Below, piece after piece: positions 10,231 to 20,018 of a stretch of DNA of 64,000 bases. A program made the translations under genes and the position numbers. How positions within the stretch are numbered: the first letter of the stretch is position 1; each line of letters starts with the position of its first letter. This DNA comes from Candidatus Eiseniibacteriota bacterium (GTDB lineage: Bacteria; Eisenbacteria; RBG-16-71-46). Below the pieces are notes generated by a model that did not search any database, was not told the origin of the DNA, and saw nothing but the letters and a program-made list of their open reading frames with translations. The DNA is taken from contig CAVSAC010000012.1 in NCBI GenBank assembly GCA_963725865.1, positions 800,001 through 864,000 on the forward strand, given 5' to 3'.

Positions 10231-11232
10231 GTGTCCCACGTCCGACTGGTGCTCGTCGAGCACCTCGGGGCGCCCGGCGCATCCGACGCCGACGCTCGCA
10301 TCCACGCCTCTCACCTGCAGGACGCCGGCTACGAGGTGCGCACGCTGTTGTGCGATCCGGACCGCGTCGCGCCGCCGCCGACCGTGCGGCCCGCCGACCG
10401 GCTGCCGCGCTTCACGGCGGACGCCGCCGGTCTGCGCGCGCTGCGCGCGGCGGTGCATGACGCGCAACCCACGCAGGTGGTGGTGGCCTCCCACGAGGTC
10501 GCCGGCGGCGCGATCGCGCAGGCGCTGGCGAACGGCACGGCGCTGCGCTGGTGGCCGACCGCGCATGGGGGCCCCGCGATGGCAGCGCCCGCACGCGCGC
10601 TCGATCCGGCGGCCGGCGCGCTCGACTGGGCGACCGGCGATCCCGCTCGCAGCACCCGCGCTCGCCTGCCGCTGTGGGACGGCGAGTACGTGCTCGCCCC
10701 GGTGCCACTCGCAGGACGCGGTGGCGCGCAGTTGATCGAGGCGTTCGCACGCGCCGCCGCGGACGAGGCCGCGCTCGACCTGGTCGTACTGGGCGATCCG
10801 CAGCCCGAGTTCGTCGTGCTCGCGCGCCGGCTGGGGGTCGGGATGCGCGTGCACTTCGCGGGCGTCGCGCCGCGCGACGCGGAGTTCGCGTGGTGGAGTG
10901 CCGCGACAGCCGCGGTGTTCGCGGGCGAGCACCCGTTCGCGGCGGGGCTGGTTTGGCGCGCGCTCGAGTGCGGCTGTCCCATGCTCGTGGCGGGCGACGC
11001 ACCGGTCCCGGCCGCCCTGCGCGCGTGGCTCGACGGGCACGGATGCCTTGCGGGCGCGCGTGCGGGCGGCACGGACGTGCTCGCCGCCGTGCTGGCTCCG
11101 GGCCTGGCGGCCACCACCGCCGGATGCCGGGCGGTGACGCGCGGGCGCGAGCTGGCGCGCGCGCAGCACGTGGGGCTGGCCGGGCGACTGGCGGTCGCGC
11201 TCGGCCGCCGGGGCGCGGCGCGGGCGGCCTGA
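10231..11232 (+). CDS. glycosyltransferase family 4-like protein (degenerate)
   Basis: GT-B C-terminal pattern LIEAFA..LVVLGD..RVHFAG..ALECGCPML. Start uncertain (ORF open from 10096). Confidence 0.6.
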   Translation: MSHVRLVLVEHLGAPGASDADARIHASHLQDAGYEVRTLLCDPDRVAPPPTVRPADRLPRFTADAAGLRALRAAVHDAQPTQVVVASHEVAGGAIAQALANGTALRWWPTAHGGPAMAAPARALDPAAGALDWATGDPARSTRARLPLWDGEYVLAPVPLAGRGGAQLIEAFARAAADEAALDLVVLGDPQPEFVVLARRLGVGMRVHFAGVAPRDAEFAWWSAATAAVFAGEHPFAAGLVWRALECGCPMLVAGDAPVPAALRAWLDGHGCLAGARAGGTDVLAAVLAPGLAATTAGCRAVTRGRELARAQHVGLAGRLAVALGRRGAARAA

Positions 11233-11333
11233 GGCGCGCGCCGCACGCCGCCTTGCGCGTGGATCGGCTCACGGCTAACGTGCCGCGTCCCGCCGCGGAC
11301 TGCGGCGTTCACCCCTCATCGAAGGAGGACCCC

Positions 11334-12272
11334 GTGCGCATCCTTGTGACCGGCGGCGCCGGCTTCATCGGCTCCAACGTCGCGGATCGCTTCGTCGAAC
11401 TGGGTCACGAGGTCGCGGTGCTCGACGACCTGTCGAGCGGCTTCCGGGAGTTCGTTCCGTCGCGCGCCCGTTTCTACCACGCGAGCGTGACCGACGTGGC
11501 CGCGGTCGACCGCTGCTTCGGGGAGTTCCGACCCGAGCTGGTCGACCACCACGCCGCGCAGATCGACGTGCGCAAGTCGGTCACCGACCCGGTCTTCGAT
11601 GCCAGCGTGAACATCCTCGGCGGACTGCGCCTGCTCGAGGCCTGCACGCGGCACGGCGTGCGCAAGTTCGTCTACGCGTCGACCGGCGGGGCGCTCTATG
11701 GCGAGGGTCGCCAGCTGCCGGCGACCGAGGCGCATCCGATCAACCCCGAGGCGCCGTACGGGGTGAGCAAGCACACGCTCGAGCACTACCTCTACATGTG
11801 GAAGCTGCTGCACGGCCTCGACTACACCGTGCTGCGCTATCCGAACGTGTACGGCCCGCGCCAGAACCCGCACGGCGAGGCGGGCGTGAACGCGATCTTC
11901 ATCGGGCTGATGCTCGAGGGCAAGCGCCCGCGGATCTTCGGCACCGGCGACCAGGTGCGCGACTACCTGTACGTCTCCGACGTGGTCGAGGGCAACGTGA
12001 TCGCGCTCGAGAAGGGCAGCGGCGAGATGGTCAACCTCGGCACCGGCGTCGGAACCTCGGTCAATGACATCGTGCGCGAGCTGAACGCCATCCTCGGCAC
12101 GCGTATCGAGCCGATCCAGGAGGCCGCCCGCCCGGGCGAGATCCAGCGCATCTACCTCGACGCCACGCGCGCCCGGCGGGTGCTGGGCTGGGCGCCCACG
12201 GTGTCCTTCGCCGAGGGACTGCGGCGCACCGTCGAGTGGTCGCGCCACCACCCGCTGCCCACGAAGCACTGA
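11334..12272 (+). CDS. NAD-dependent epimerase/dehydratase (UDP-glucose 4-epimerase-like)
   Basis: SD AAGGAGG; TGGAGFIGS, YGVSK, RYPNVYGPRQ. Confidence 0.95.
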   Translation: MRILVTGGAGFIGSNVADRFVELGHEVAVLDDLSSGFREFVPSRARFYHASVTDVAAVDRCFGEFRPELVDHHAAQIDVRKSVTDPVFDASVNILGGLRLLEACTRHGVRKFVYASTGGALYGEGRQLPATEAHPINPEAPYGVSKHTLEHYLYMWKLLHGLDYTVLRYPNVYGPRQNPHGEAGVNAIFIGLMLEGKRPRIFGTGDQVRDYLYVSDVVEGNVIALEKGSGEMVNLGTGVGTSVNDIVRELNAILGTRIEPIQEAARPGEIQRIYLDATRARRVLGWAPTVSFAEGLRRTVEWSRHHPLPTKH

Positions 12273-12387
12273 CGGTCCGCGGTCGCGCATCCGGTCGGCG
12301 TCCCCGATCGGGACGCCGACCGTTTCCGCGTGAAGGCGCGCGGCGCGGGCCCGCGCGCGGAATGCCCGCGCGGGCGCGGCCCGCGGA

Positions 12388-14415
12388 CTACCAGATGCGC
12401 GCCTGCTTCTCCTCGTCGCGCACCATCGGGTCGCCCGGATGGCAGCCGAACGCCTGGCGGAACTCCGGCAGGTTCGACAGCGGCCCGTTCACGCGCCAGT
12501 AGGGCGGTGAGTGCGGATTGGTCTGCACCTGCGTCCGCACGCTGGCGTCGCGCTCGACCTCGCGCCACACCTGGGCGTACGAGAGGAAGAAGCGCTGCTC
12601 CGGCGTGAAGCCGTCGATGAGGGGCCGCGGCCTGCCGGCCAGCGCCTTCTGCAGGGCGCGGTAGGCGACCGCCACGCCGCCGAGGTCGGCGATGTTCTCG
12701 CCCAGCGTCAGCCGGCCGTTCAGATGGAGCGTGTCGAGCACCGTGTAGGAGGCGTACTGCTCCGCCACCTTGTCGGCGCGGCTCTTGTAGTTCGATGCGT
12801 CGCTCGGCGTCCACCAGTCGCGCAGGTTGCCCTGCGCGTCGAACTGGCGCCCGCGGTCGTCGAAGCCGTGCGTCATCTCGTGGCCGATCACCGCGCCGAT
12901 GCCGCCATAGTTCATGGCGTCGTCCCACGACGGGTCGTAGAACGGCGGCTGCAGGATCCCGGCGGGGAAGTTGATGCTGTTGAGCGAGGAACTGTAGAAC
13001 GCGTTCACCGTGGGCGGGGTCATGGTCCACTCCCCGCGCTCGACGGGGCGGCCGATGCGCGTCAGATTGCGCTTCGACTCGTACACCCGGGCTGCCTGGT
13101 GGTTGGCGTAGAGCGACGCGCGCGACAGCGTCACGCCGCGGTAGTCGCGCCAGATGTCGGGGTACCCGATCTTGTTCTCGAACGCCTGCAACTTGCCGAG
13201 TGCCGCCCGGCGGGTCGCCTCGCTCATCCAGTCGAGCGTGGCGATGCGCTCGCCGAGCGCCGCCTCGAGGTTGTGCACCATGCCGAGCGCGCGCTCGCGC
13301 GCGGCCGGGGAGAAGCGCTCCTTCACGTAGGCGCGCCCGAGCAGGTCGCCGAGATCCCCATCGGTCCAGCGCAGGGCGCGCTTCCAGCGCGGCTGCTGGA
13401 CCTGCTGGCCGCTCAGCAGCCGCCCGAACCGGAACGACTCCTCCGCGAACGCCGACGACAGGTAGGGCGACGCGTCGTCGATCACGTTCCAGCGCAGGTA
13501 GGCCTTCCAGTCGGCGAGCGGCGTGGCGCCGAGCTGGGCGTCGAGCGCGCGGAAGAACGCCGGCTGGGTGACGTTGACCGAGTCCACGCGCGGCGCGGCG
13601 CGCTGGGCGAGGTAGGTGGCCCAGTCGAATCCCGGCGCCAGCGCCCGCAGGGAATCGAGCGGCATCTTGTTGTAGGTCGCCCGGGGGTCGCGGCGCTCGA
13701 CGTTGGTCATCGACGCGCGCGCCAGCTCGGTCTCGATCGCCATCACGCTCGCGGCGTCGCGGCGGGCGGCGTCCTCGGGGGCGCCCGCCAGGACCAACGC
13801 GCGCGCCACGTGCGCCTGGTACTCGCTGCGGATCGCGCGCGCGGCGGAGTCGTCGCGGAAGTAGTAGTCGCGGTCCGGCAGGCCGAGGCCGCCCTGGCTC
13901 GCGAACGCGATCATCACGTCGCTGCGTCCGGGGTCCTGGCCGGCCCGCAGCCCGAAGAGCCCGCCGATGCCGCGCTCGTGCATCCAGGCCAGCGGCCCGG
14001 CGATGTCACGCGTCGAGCGCAGCGCCTCGATCGACGCGAGCGCCGCGGCCAGCGGCCGGGCGCCGGCCGCATCGGCCTGCGCCGAGTCCATGGCGGCGAG
14101 CCAGTAGGTGCCGAGCATCGCCGTCTCCGAGCCGGCGCTGGCCCGTGGCGCGCGCGCTGCGGACTCGAGGATCCCCAGCACGCTGAGCCGATTCGCCTCG
14201 GCCAGCTCGTCGAAGCTGCCCCAGCGCGACTGCGATGCCGGGATCGTGGCGTGCGCCGCCCATCCGCCGTTCGCGTAGCGGAAGAAGTCGCGGCACGGCG
14301 AGCAGGTCGTGTCCATGTTCGCCGGGGTCAGCGCCGGACCGCCCGCGTGCGCGGGCGGCGCGAAGATCGGCAGGACGAGGAGCAGCAGCAGGGGGAGCGG
14401 AATCGCGAGACGCAT
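12388..14415 (-). CDS. M13 family metallopeptidase (PepO/neprilysin), secreted
   Basis: Signal peptide; PCRDFFRYANGGW, VNAFY, HEMTH zinc motif, GENIAD. Confidence 0.96.
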   Translation of the reverse strand: MRLAIPLPLLLLLVLPIFAPPAHAGGPALTPANMDTTCSPCRDFFRYANGGWAAHATIPASQSRWGSFDELAEANRLSVLGILESAARAPRASAGSETAMLGTYWLAAMDSAQADAAGARPLAAALASIEALRSTRDIAGPLAWMHERGIGGLFGLRAGQDPGRSDVMIAFASQGGLGLPDRDYYFRDDSAARAIRSEYQAHVARALVLAGAPEDAARRDAASVMAIETELARASMTNVERRDPRATYNKMPLDSLRALAPGFDWATYLAQRAAPRVDSVNVTQPAFFRALDAQLGATPLADWKAYLRWNVIDDASPYLSSAFAEESFRFGRLLSGQQVQQPRWKRALRWTDGDLGDLLGRAYVKERFSPAARERALGMVHNLEAALGERIATLDWMSEATRRAALGKLQAFENKIGYPDIWRDYRGVTLSRASLYANHQAARVYESKRNLTRIGRPVERGEWTMTPPTVNAFYSSSLNSINFPAGILQPPFYDPSWDDAMNYGGIGAVIGHEMTHGFDDRGRQFDAQGNLRDWWTPSDASNYKSRADKVAEQYASYTVLDTLHLNGRLTLGENIADLGGVAVAYRALQKALAGRPRPLIDGFTPEQRFFLSYAQVWREVERDASVRTQVQTNPHSPPYWRVNGPLSNLPEFRQAFGCHPGDPMVRDEEKQARIW

Positions 14416-14431
14416 GGCAGGAGCCTCATGG

Positions 14432-14476
14432 GATGGAGCACGGGGGCGGAGCCGATGGAGCACGGGGGGCGGAGCC
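14432..14476. repeat. 22/23-bp tandem direct repeat upstream of the M13 peptidase
   Basis: gatggagcacgggggcggagcc followed by gatggagcacggggggcggagcc; the copies differ by one G in a homopolymer run. Confidence 0.8.
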
Positions 14477-14646
14477 GGCGGGACGATAGGGCCGGCGCGG
14501 GCGGTCTTGGCCGGTTCGGCGACGAGCGCGGCAAGAACGGCCACCGAATGGTCCCGCGCACCGCGCGGCGGGCGCCTGTCGCGATCGGGATCCGGATGGC
14601 GATCCGCGTCCGGGTTCGCTGCGGACTCCTTGCGCGCCCGCGCGTC

Positions 14647-16233
14647 TCAGCGCGTCAGCCGGACCTCGAACGCCGCGTGCGGGGCGTCGCGGGTCGCGCC
14701 GGCGACATGGCCGGCGTCGTCGACCCGGGTCCAGCCGGCGGAGAGTGAGAGGTCGACGCCGCTCGCCGGCCACCAGCGCAGCGCGACATCGAGGTCGCGG
14801 GTGCGCTCCACGACGCCGCCGAAGTCGAGCGTCGAGCCCACCGGCACGCCGCCCCCCGGCACGAACGGCTGATCGAGCGCGCCCTCGCCGTGGTCGGTGC
14901 GCGCGGCGCGCAGCGCGAGCTGCCAGTCGACGCACGGATCCCACGTCACGCGCACGCGCACCCGGCGCGCGTCGGGGCCGGTGAAGTAGCCGAGCGGCTC
15001 GTCGTGCGCCGCGTACGTGCGGCCGAAGTACGACGTGTAGACGTAGCGCGACACGCGCGTGTACTCGCCGTTCCAGCTCACGCGCGAGCTGCCGATCGCG
15101 CCGGCGCCGTCCCAGCCGAGCTGGAACGCGAGCTTGTTGGGAGAGGCGCCGCTCTTCGCGTGCAGGTCGTCGATCAGCACCTCGCCATACAGCCGGGTGC
15201 CGTCGGCCACCCGCCAGGCCACGTCGGCGCCGACCATCACGTTGTTCCGCAGTGCCGCCAGCGAGTCGGGCTCGTCCTGCTGCTCGAGCCGCTGCGCGAA
15301 CACGTAGGGCAGCACGCCCAGCGCGTACAGCGGCTGCCAGCCGCTCGCGTGGTAGCGCGCGGTCTCGGTCGCCCCGATGCGGAGCGCGTCGAGCGGCTGC
15401 CACTCGATGCGATGCGCGGCCAGCTGCTCGCCCGCGCTGGCGGCCAGCGTGGCGTTGAGCGCGGTGGCGCGTACCTGGAACATCGGCAGGTCGAACGACG
15501 TCACCAGCCCGGTGATCGCCGGGCCGGTGGCGGACAGCGCCAGCGAGCCCTCCTCGCCCGGGCCCCAGGCCCAGCGCGAACGCCCGAAGCGCGCGTTCCA
15601 ATGGCCGCCGGTGTACGCGAGGTAGGTGTCCTCGGTGTGGGCGACGAAGTCGCTGTGCGGCACGATCGGATCGGCGAACGCGCGCGCGCCGTCGATCTGG
15701 CCGACCACGGTGTGCGTGTGCAGCAGCCACCCGTCCACCGCCGCGGTCGCGCGCACGTGCACTCCGGACCCGGAGAGCAGGCGCGGCTCGGCATGACGCG
15801 CGATCTCGCCGCCGCCCTCGAGCGCGGTCGAGAGCAGGAACACGTCGTGATCCGCGCCCTCGCGCTCGAACAGGCGCGGGGTGGACCACGAATCCCGCGC
15901 CGGCCCGGCGAGCAGGTCGCGGGCGATCCCGCGCATCAGGCGCCGGGTCGCGATCCGGCGCACCGGGTCGAGCGAGTCCACCCCGCCGTAGGAGGGCGTC
16001 AGCACGTCGACCACCTGCAGCGGCCGGGTGCCGAGCGGCAACGGATGGTGGTCGGCGCGCGCCGATTGGCCGGTGCGCGGGTCGTGCGGGAACAGGTCGA
16101 GCAAGCGCAACTCGGCGTAGAGCGGATCGTCGACCGGGAGGAACTGGCTGCTGAGCCCGAACGCCGGTGCGGCGCCCAGCAGCAGCAGGAGTACGGTGGC
16201 GGAGGCGGCCGGGCGGAGGCGCATGGGCTGCAT
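14647..16233 (-). CDS. capsule assembly Wzi-like outer-membrane beta-barrel protein
   Basis: Signal peptide; GRSRWAWGPGEEGSLALS motif; amphipathic beta-strand pattern at the C-terminus. Confidence 0.75.
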   Translation of the reverse strand: MQPMRLRPAASATVLLLLLGAAPAFGLSSQFLPVDDPLYAELRLLDLFPHDPRTGQSARADHHPLPLGTRPLQVVDVLTPSYGGVDSLDPVRRIATRRLMRGIARDLLAGPARDSWSTPRLFEREGADHDVFLLSTALEGGGEIARHAEPRLLSGSGVHVRATAAVDGWLLHTHTVVGQIDGARAFADPIVPHSDFVAHTEDTYLAYTGGHWNARFGRSRWAWGPGEEGSLALSATGPAITGLVTSFDLPMFQVRATALNATLAASAGEQLAAHRIEWQPLDALRIGATETARYHASGWQPLYALGVLPYVFAQRLEQQDEPDSLAALRNNVMVGADVAWRVADGTRLYGEVLIDDLHAKSGASPNKLAFQLGWDGAGAIGSSRVSWNGEYTRVSRYVYTSYFGRTYAAHDEPLGYFTGPDARRVRVRVTWDPCVDWQLALRAARTDHGEGALDQPFVPGGGVPVGSTLDFGGVVERTRDLDVALRWWPASGVDLSLSAGWTRVDDAGHVAGATRDAPHAAFEVRLTR

Positions 16234-16252
16234 GCTAACAGCGCCGCGCGCG

Positions 16253-16358
16253 CCGCGGCCAGCGCCGGGCAGCGGAGCACGTCGCCGTTGGGACGGCCCG
16301 CGGCCGGCGCCGGGCAGCGGAGCACACCTCTGTGGCGACGGCCCGCAGCGAGCGCCGG
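16253..16358. repeat. 45-bp imperfect tandem repeat (about 2.3 copies) in a divergent intergenic region
   Basis: Units start at 16253, 16298 and 16343 with consensus ccgcggccRgcgccgggcagcggagcac...gacggc. Confidence 0.75.
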
Positions 16359-16519
16359 TGGAGACGCGATCATGGACGCGTTAGCCGGTGTCATTTTCAC
16401 TGACGTCCCACAGGCGCCCCCATGTGTTTCGGCGCCGCCCGGCGACTGTGCTAGCCTGCTGCCCCTTTCCAACCGCGGGCCCTGTGAGTCCCCGGGCCGC
16501 CCGACTGGAGGTCATTCAC

Positions 16520-19162
16520 ATGCGTCCTGGCGATCCCGCGGCCCTCGAACAGCCCTACGATCCGGGGCGGGTCGAAGCCCGCTGGTACGCCGTCTGGGAA
16601 GAGCGCGGGGTGTTCAAGCCCGCACCCGGCGGTGGCAAGCCGTTCGTCATCACCATCCCGCCTCCGAACGTGACCGGTTCGCTCACCATGGGGCACCTGC
16701 TGGGCGAGTCGATCCGCGACCTGATCGTGCGCTGGCAGCGCATGGAGGGGCGCGAGACGCTGTACGTGCCCGGCATGGACCACGCCGGCATCGCGACCCA
16801 GAACGTGGTCGAGAAGAAGCTGCGCGATGAGGGCCGCTCGCGCCACCAGCTCGGTCGCGAGGGCTTCCTCGCCGAGGTGTGGGCCTGGAAGGAGCAGTAC
16901 GGCGGGCTGATCTTTCGCCAGGAGCGCCGGCTCGGCACCACGCCCGACTGGACCCGCGAGCGCTTCACGCTCGACCCGGCCTACTCGCGCGCGGTGCTCG
17001 AGGTGTTCAAGCGCCTCTACGACAAGGGCCTCGTCTACCGCGGGCGCTACATCGTCAACTGGTGCCCGCGCTGCCTGACCGCGCTCTCCGACGAGGAGGT
17101 CGACCACGTCGACCGGGAGGGCAGCCTCTGGTACCTGAAGTACCCGATCAAGGATTCCGACAAGTTCGTCACCGTGGCGACCACGCGGCCCGAGACCATG
17201 CTCGGCGACACCGCGGTGGCGGTGAGCCCCAAGGACCGCCGCTACGCCAAGCTGGTGGGGAAGACCGTCATCCTCCCGCTGATGCGCCGCGAGATTCCGA
17301 TCATTGCCGACGAGATGGTGGACCCCAAGTTCGGCACCGGCGCGGTCAAGGTCACGCCCGCGCACGACCCGAACGACTTCCAGACCGGGCAGCGCCACGG
17401 CCTTCCCGAGCTCGTGGTGATCGACGAGCAAGGTGTCATGAACGAGAACGCCGGCGACTTCCGCGGCCTCGACCGGTTCGAGGCGCGCAAACGCATCGTG
17501 GACGCGTTGCGCGATGCCGGCTACCTCGAGAAGACCGAGCCGTACGCGCTGTCGGTCGGCACCTGCTCGCGGTGCGGGACGATCATCGAGCCCTACCTGT
17601 CGTGGCAGTGGTTCGTGAAGATGGCACCGCTCGCGGCACCCGCGATCGAGGCCGCCAAGCGCGGCAAGGTGAAGTTCTTCCCGTCGCGCTACAAGCGCGT
17701 GTACCTGCACTGGCTCGAGAACATCCGCGACTGGTGCATCTCGCGCCAGCTGTGGTGGGGCCATCGCATCCCGGTGTGGTACCGCGGCGACGAAATGGTG
17801 GTGTCGGTGGATCCGCCGGCGGGCGAGGGCTGGCGCCAGGACGAGGACGTGCTCGACACGTGGTTCTCGTCGTGGCTGTGGCCGTTCGCGACGCTCGGCT
17901 GGCCCGACGACACGGAGGACCTGCGCCGCTACTACCCGAACAGCCTGATGGTCACGGGCGCCGACATCCTCTTCTTCTGGGTCGCGCGCATGATCATGGC
18001 CGGCTACGAGTTCCTCGGCGACGGCCCGTTCCCGCACGTCCTCTTCACCGCGATCGTGCGCGACGGGCAGGGCCGTAAGATGTCCAAGTCGCTCGGCAAC
18101 TCGCCGGATCCGCTCGAGATGCTCGACCGCTACGGCGCCGACGCGATCCGCTTCACGATGATCTACCTGACGCCGACCGGGCAGGACCTGCTGTTCGACG
18201 AGAAGCGGCTGGAGACCGGCAAGTTCTTCGCGAACAAGATCTGGAACGCGGCCAAGCTGGTCCAGATGCGGCTCGGCGACGAGAACGTGGGGGCGATCAA
18301 GGAGTCGCAGCTACGCCTGACGCTGGCCGACCGCTGGATCCTGTCGCGCTACGCGAACGCCGTGAAGGACATCTCGCGCAATCTCAAGACCTACCGCCTC
18401 AACGAGGCGGCGAACGCCATCTACCACTTCGCGTGGAACGACTTCTGCGACTGGTACCTCGAGATGGCGAAGCCGCGCTGGACCGAGACCGCCGACCCGG
18501 CCGATCGCCGCACGGCGCGCTGGGTGGCGTGGAAGGTGCTCGACGGCATCCTGCGGCTGCTGCATCCATTCATGCCGTTCATGACCGAGGAGGTCTGGCA
18601 GGCGCTGCCGCACGAGGGCGAGCTGCTGGCGACCGCGGCGTGGCCGAAGGCGAAGAAGGCGTGGTTCGACGCCGACGCCGAGCGCCAGGTGGCGTTCCTG
18701 CAGGCGCTGGTGGTGGCGGTGAGGAATCTGCGCGTCGAGGCGAAGATCGCACCCGGCAAGGCCGTGCCCGTGGTGGTCCGCGGTACCGCGGCGCAGCTCG
18801 AACTGGTCGAGCGACTCAAGGACCAGCTGGAGCCGCTGGCGCGCATCGAGACGCTGACCGTGGCGCGCGACGGCCAGCGCCCGTCGGTCGCGGCCTCGAC
18901 GGTGGTGGACGGCGCCGAGGTGTTCCTGCCGCTCGAGGGCCTGGTGAACGTCGACGAGGAGCGGGCGCGCCTCGCCAAGGAGGCCGGCCGCCTGCTCGAG
19001 GATCTCGAGAACGTGAAGAAGAAGCTCCGCAACCAGGACTTCCTCGCCAAGGCCAAGACCGAGGTGGTGGAGCGCGAGCGCACCCGCCTCGCCCGGCTCG
19101 AGGAGCACCTCGAGAAGCTGCAGCGCATGCAGTCGAGCCTGCGCGAACGCGCGGGCTCCTGA
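16520..19162 (+). CDS. valS: valine--tRNA ligase
   Basis: PPPNVTGSLTMGH, DHAGIATQ, ATTRPET, WCISRQLWWGH, KMSKS, C-terminal coiled coil; SD GGAGG. Confidence 0.98.
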   Translation: MRPGDPAALEQPYDPGRVEARWYAVWEERGVFKPAPGGGKPFVITIPPPNVTGSLTMGHLLGESIRDLIVRWQRMEGRETLYVPGMDHAGIATQNVVEKKLRDEGRSRHQLGREGFLAEVWAWKEQYGGLIFRQERRLGTTPDWTRERFTLDPAYSRAVLEVFKRLYDKGLVYRGRYIVNWCPRCLTALSDEEVDHVDREGSLWYLKYPIKDSDKFVTVATTRPETMLGDTAVAVSPKDRRYAKLVGKTVILPLMRREIPIIADEMVDPKFGTGAVKVTPAHDPNDFQTGQRHGLPELVVIDEQGVMNENAGDFRGLDRFEARKRIVDALRDAGYLEKTEPYALSVGTCSRCGTIIEPYLSWQWFVKMAPLAAPAIEAAKRGKVKFFPSRYKRVYLHWLENIRDWCISRQLWWGHRIPVWYRGDEMVVSVDPPAGEGWRQDEDVLDTWFSSWLWPFATLGWPDDTEDLRRYYPNSLMVTGADILFFWVARMIMAGYEFLGDGPFPHVLFTAIVRDGQGRKMSKSLGNSPDPLEMLDRYGADAIRFTMIYLTPTGQDLLFDEKRLETGKFFANKIWNAAKLVQMRLGDENVGAIKESQLRLTLADRWILSRYANAVKDISRNLKTYRLNEAANAIYHFAWNDFCDWYLEMAKPRWTETADPADRRTARWVAWKVLDGILRLLHPFMPFMTEEVWQALPHEGELLATAAWPKAKKAWFDADAERQVAFLQALVVAVRNLRVEAKIAPGKAVPVVVRGTAAQLELVERLKDQLEPLARIETLTVARDGQRPSVAASTVVDGAEVFLPLEGLVNVDEERARLAKEAGRLLEDLENVKKKLRNQDFLAKAKTEVVERERTRLARLEEHLEKLQRMQSSLRERAGS

Positions 19163-19205
19163 GGGCCCGAGTCGCGCGCTTGGTCGTGCTCCCGTGGGCG
19201 CGCGC

Positions 19206-20018
19206 TCAGGGTGCGGCGGGGGGCGGCGACAGACGCGCCGCCCACTGCGCCTCGACGGCCGCCATGTCCTCGGCGGCGTAGTAGGCGGCGGCCGCCTCGC
19301 GCATGCCCGGCCGGGTGTAGACGTCGGCGCGCGGATGCTCGATCAGGTCCACGATCACCGCCGCGACCTCGTCGGCCGACTGGGCGCCTGGAATCCTGCG
19401 CGAGTCGAGGCCACCGCCGATCGCGCGCGCGCCGAACATCGTCGCGACCACGCCGGGCGAGACGGTCGAGACGTGGATCCCCGGGTAGCCCTCGCGCAGT
19501 TCCAGTCGCAGGCATCCGGTGAGGGCGTTGAGCGCGTGCTTCGAGGCGCAGTACGCCGAGCGCGTCATCGCGAACGGGATGCGCCCCAGCATCGAGGACA
19601 CGTTGATGAGGTGCCCGCGGCCGCGCGACTGGAAATGGGGCAGCACGGCCTGCATCCCGTAGAGCGCTGACTTGAGGTTCACCAGCATCATCTCGTCGAC
19701 GTCCTCGTCGGTGAGCGCGCTCACGGGGCGGGTGATGCCGCGCCCGGCGTTGTTGACCCAGACGTCGACGCAGCCGAAGCGCTCGAGCGCGGCGGCCAGG
19801 ATCCGCTGCACGTCCGCACGCCGGGTCACGTCGGCGACCACCACGAGTGCATCATGGCCGGCGCGTGCGGCGACCTCCCGCAGCTCGCGCTCGCGGCGCG
19901 CGGCGAGCACCACACGCGCGCCGCGAGCGGCCGCGAGCTGAGCGAGCGCGGCGCCGATGCCATCGCTGGCGCCGGTGACGACGACGACCTGATCGAGCGG
20001 GGTGGAAGGAGTCGACAC
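19206..20018 (-). CDS. short-chain dehydrogenase/reductase
   Basis: TGASDGIG, NNAG, YCASK; GTG start with GGAGG. Confidence 0.92.
   Translation of the reverse strand: MSTPSTPLDQVVVVTGASDGIGAALAQLAAARGARVVLAARRERELREVAARAGHDALVVVADVTRRADVQRILAAALERFGCVDVWVNNAGRGITRPVSALTDEDVDEMMLVNLKSALYGMQAVLPHFQSRGRGHLINVSSMLGRIPFAMTRSAYCASKHALNALTGCLRLELREGYPGIHVSTVSPGVVATMFGARAIGGGLDSRRIPGAQSADEVAAVIVDLIEHPRADVYTRPGMREAAAAYYAAEDMAAVEAQWAARLSPPPAAP

Noticed and set aside
16253..16358. Possible mini-CRISPR array
   Set aside because: Only about 2.3 units, variable parts of about 12 bp, and no cas genes.
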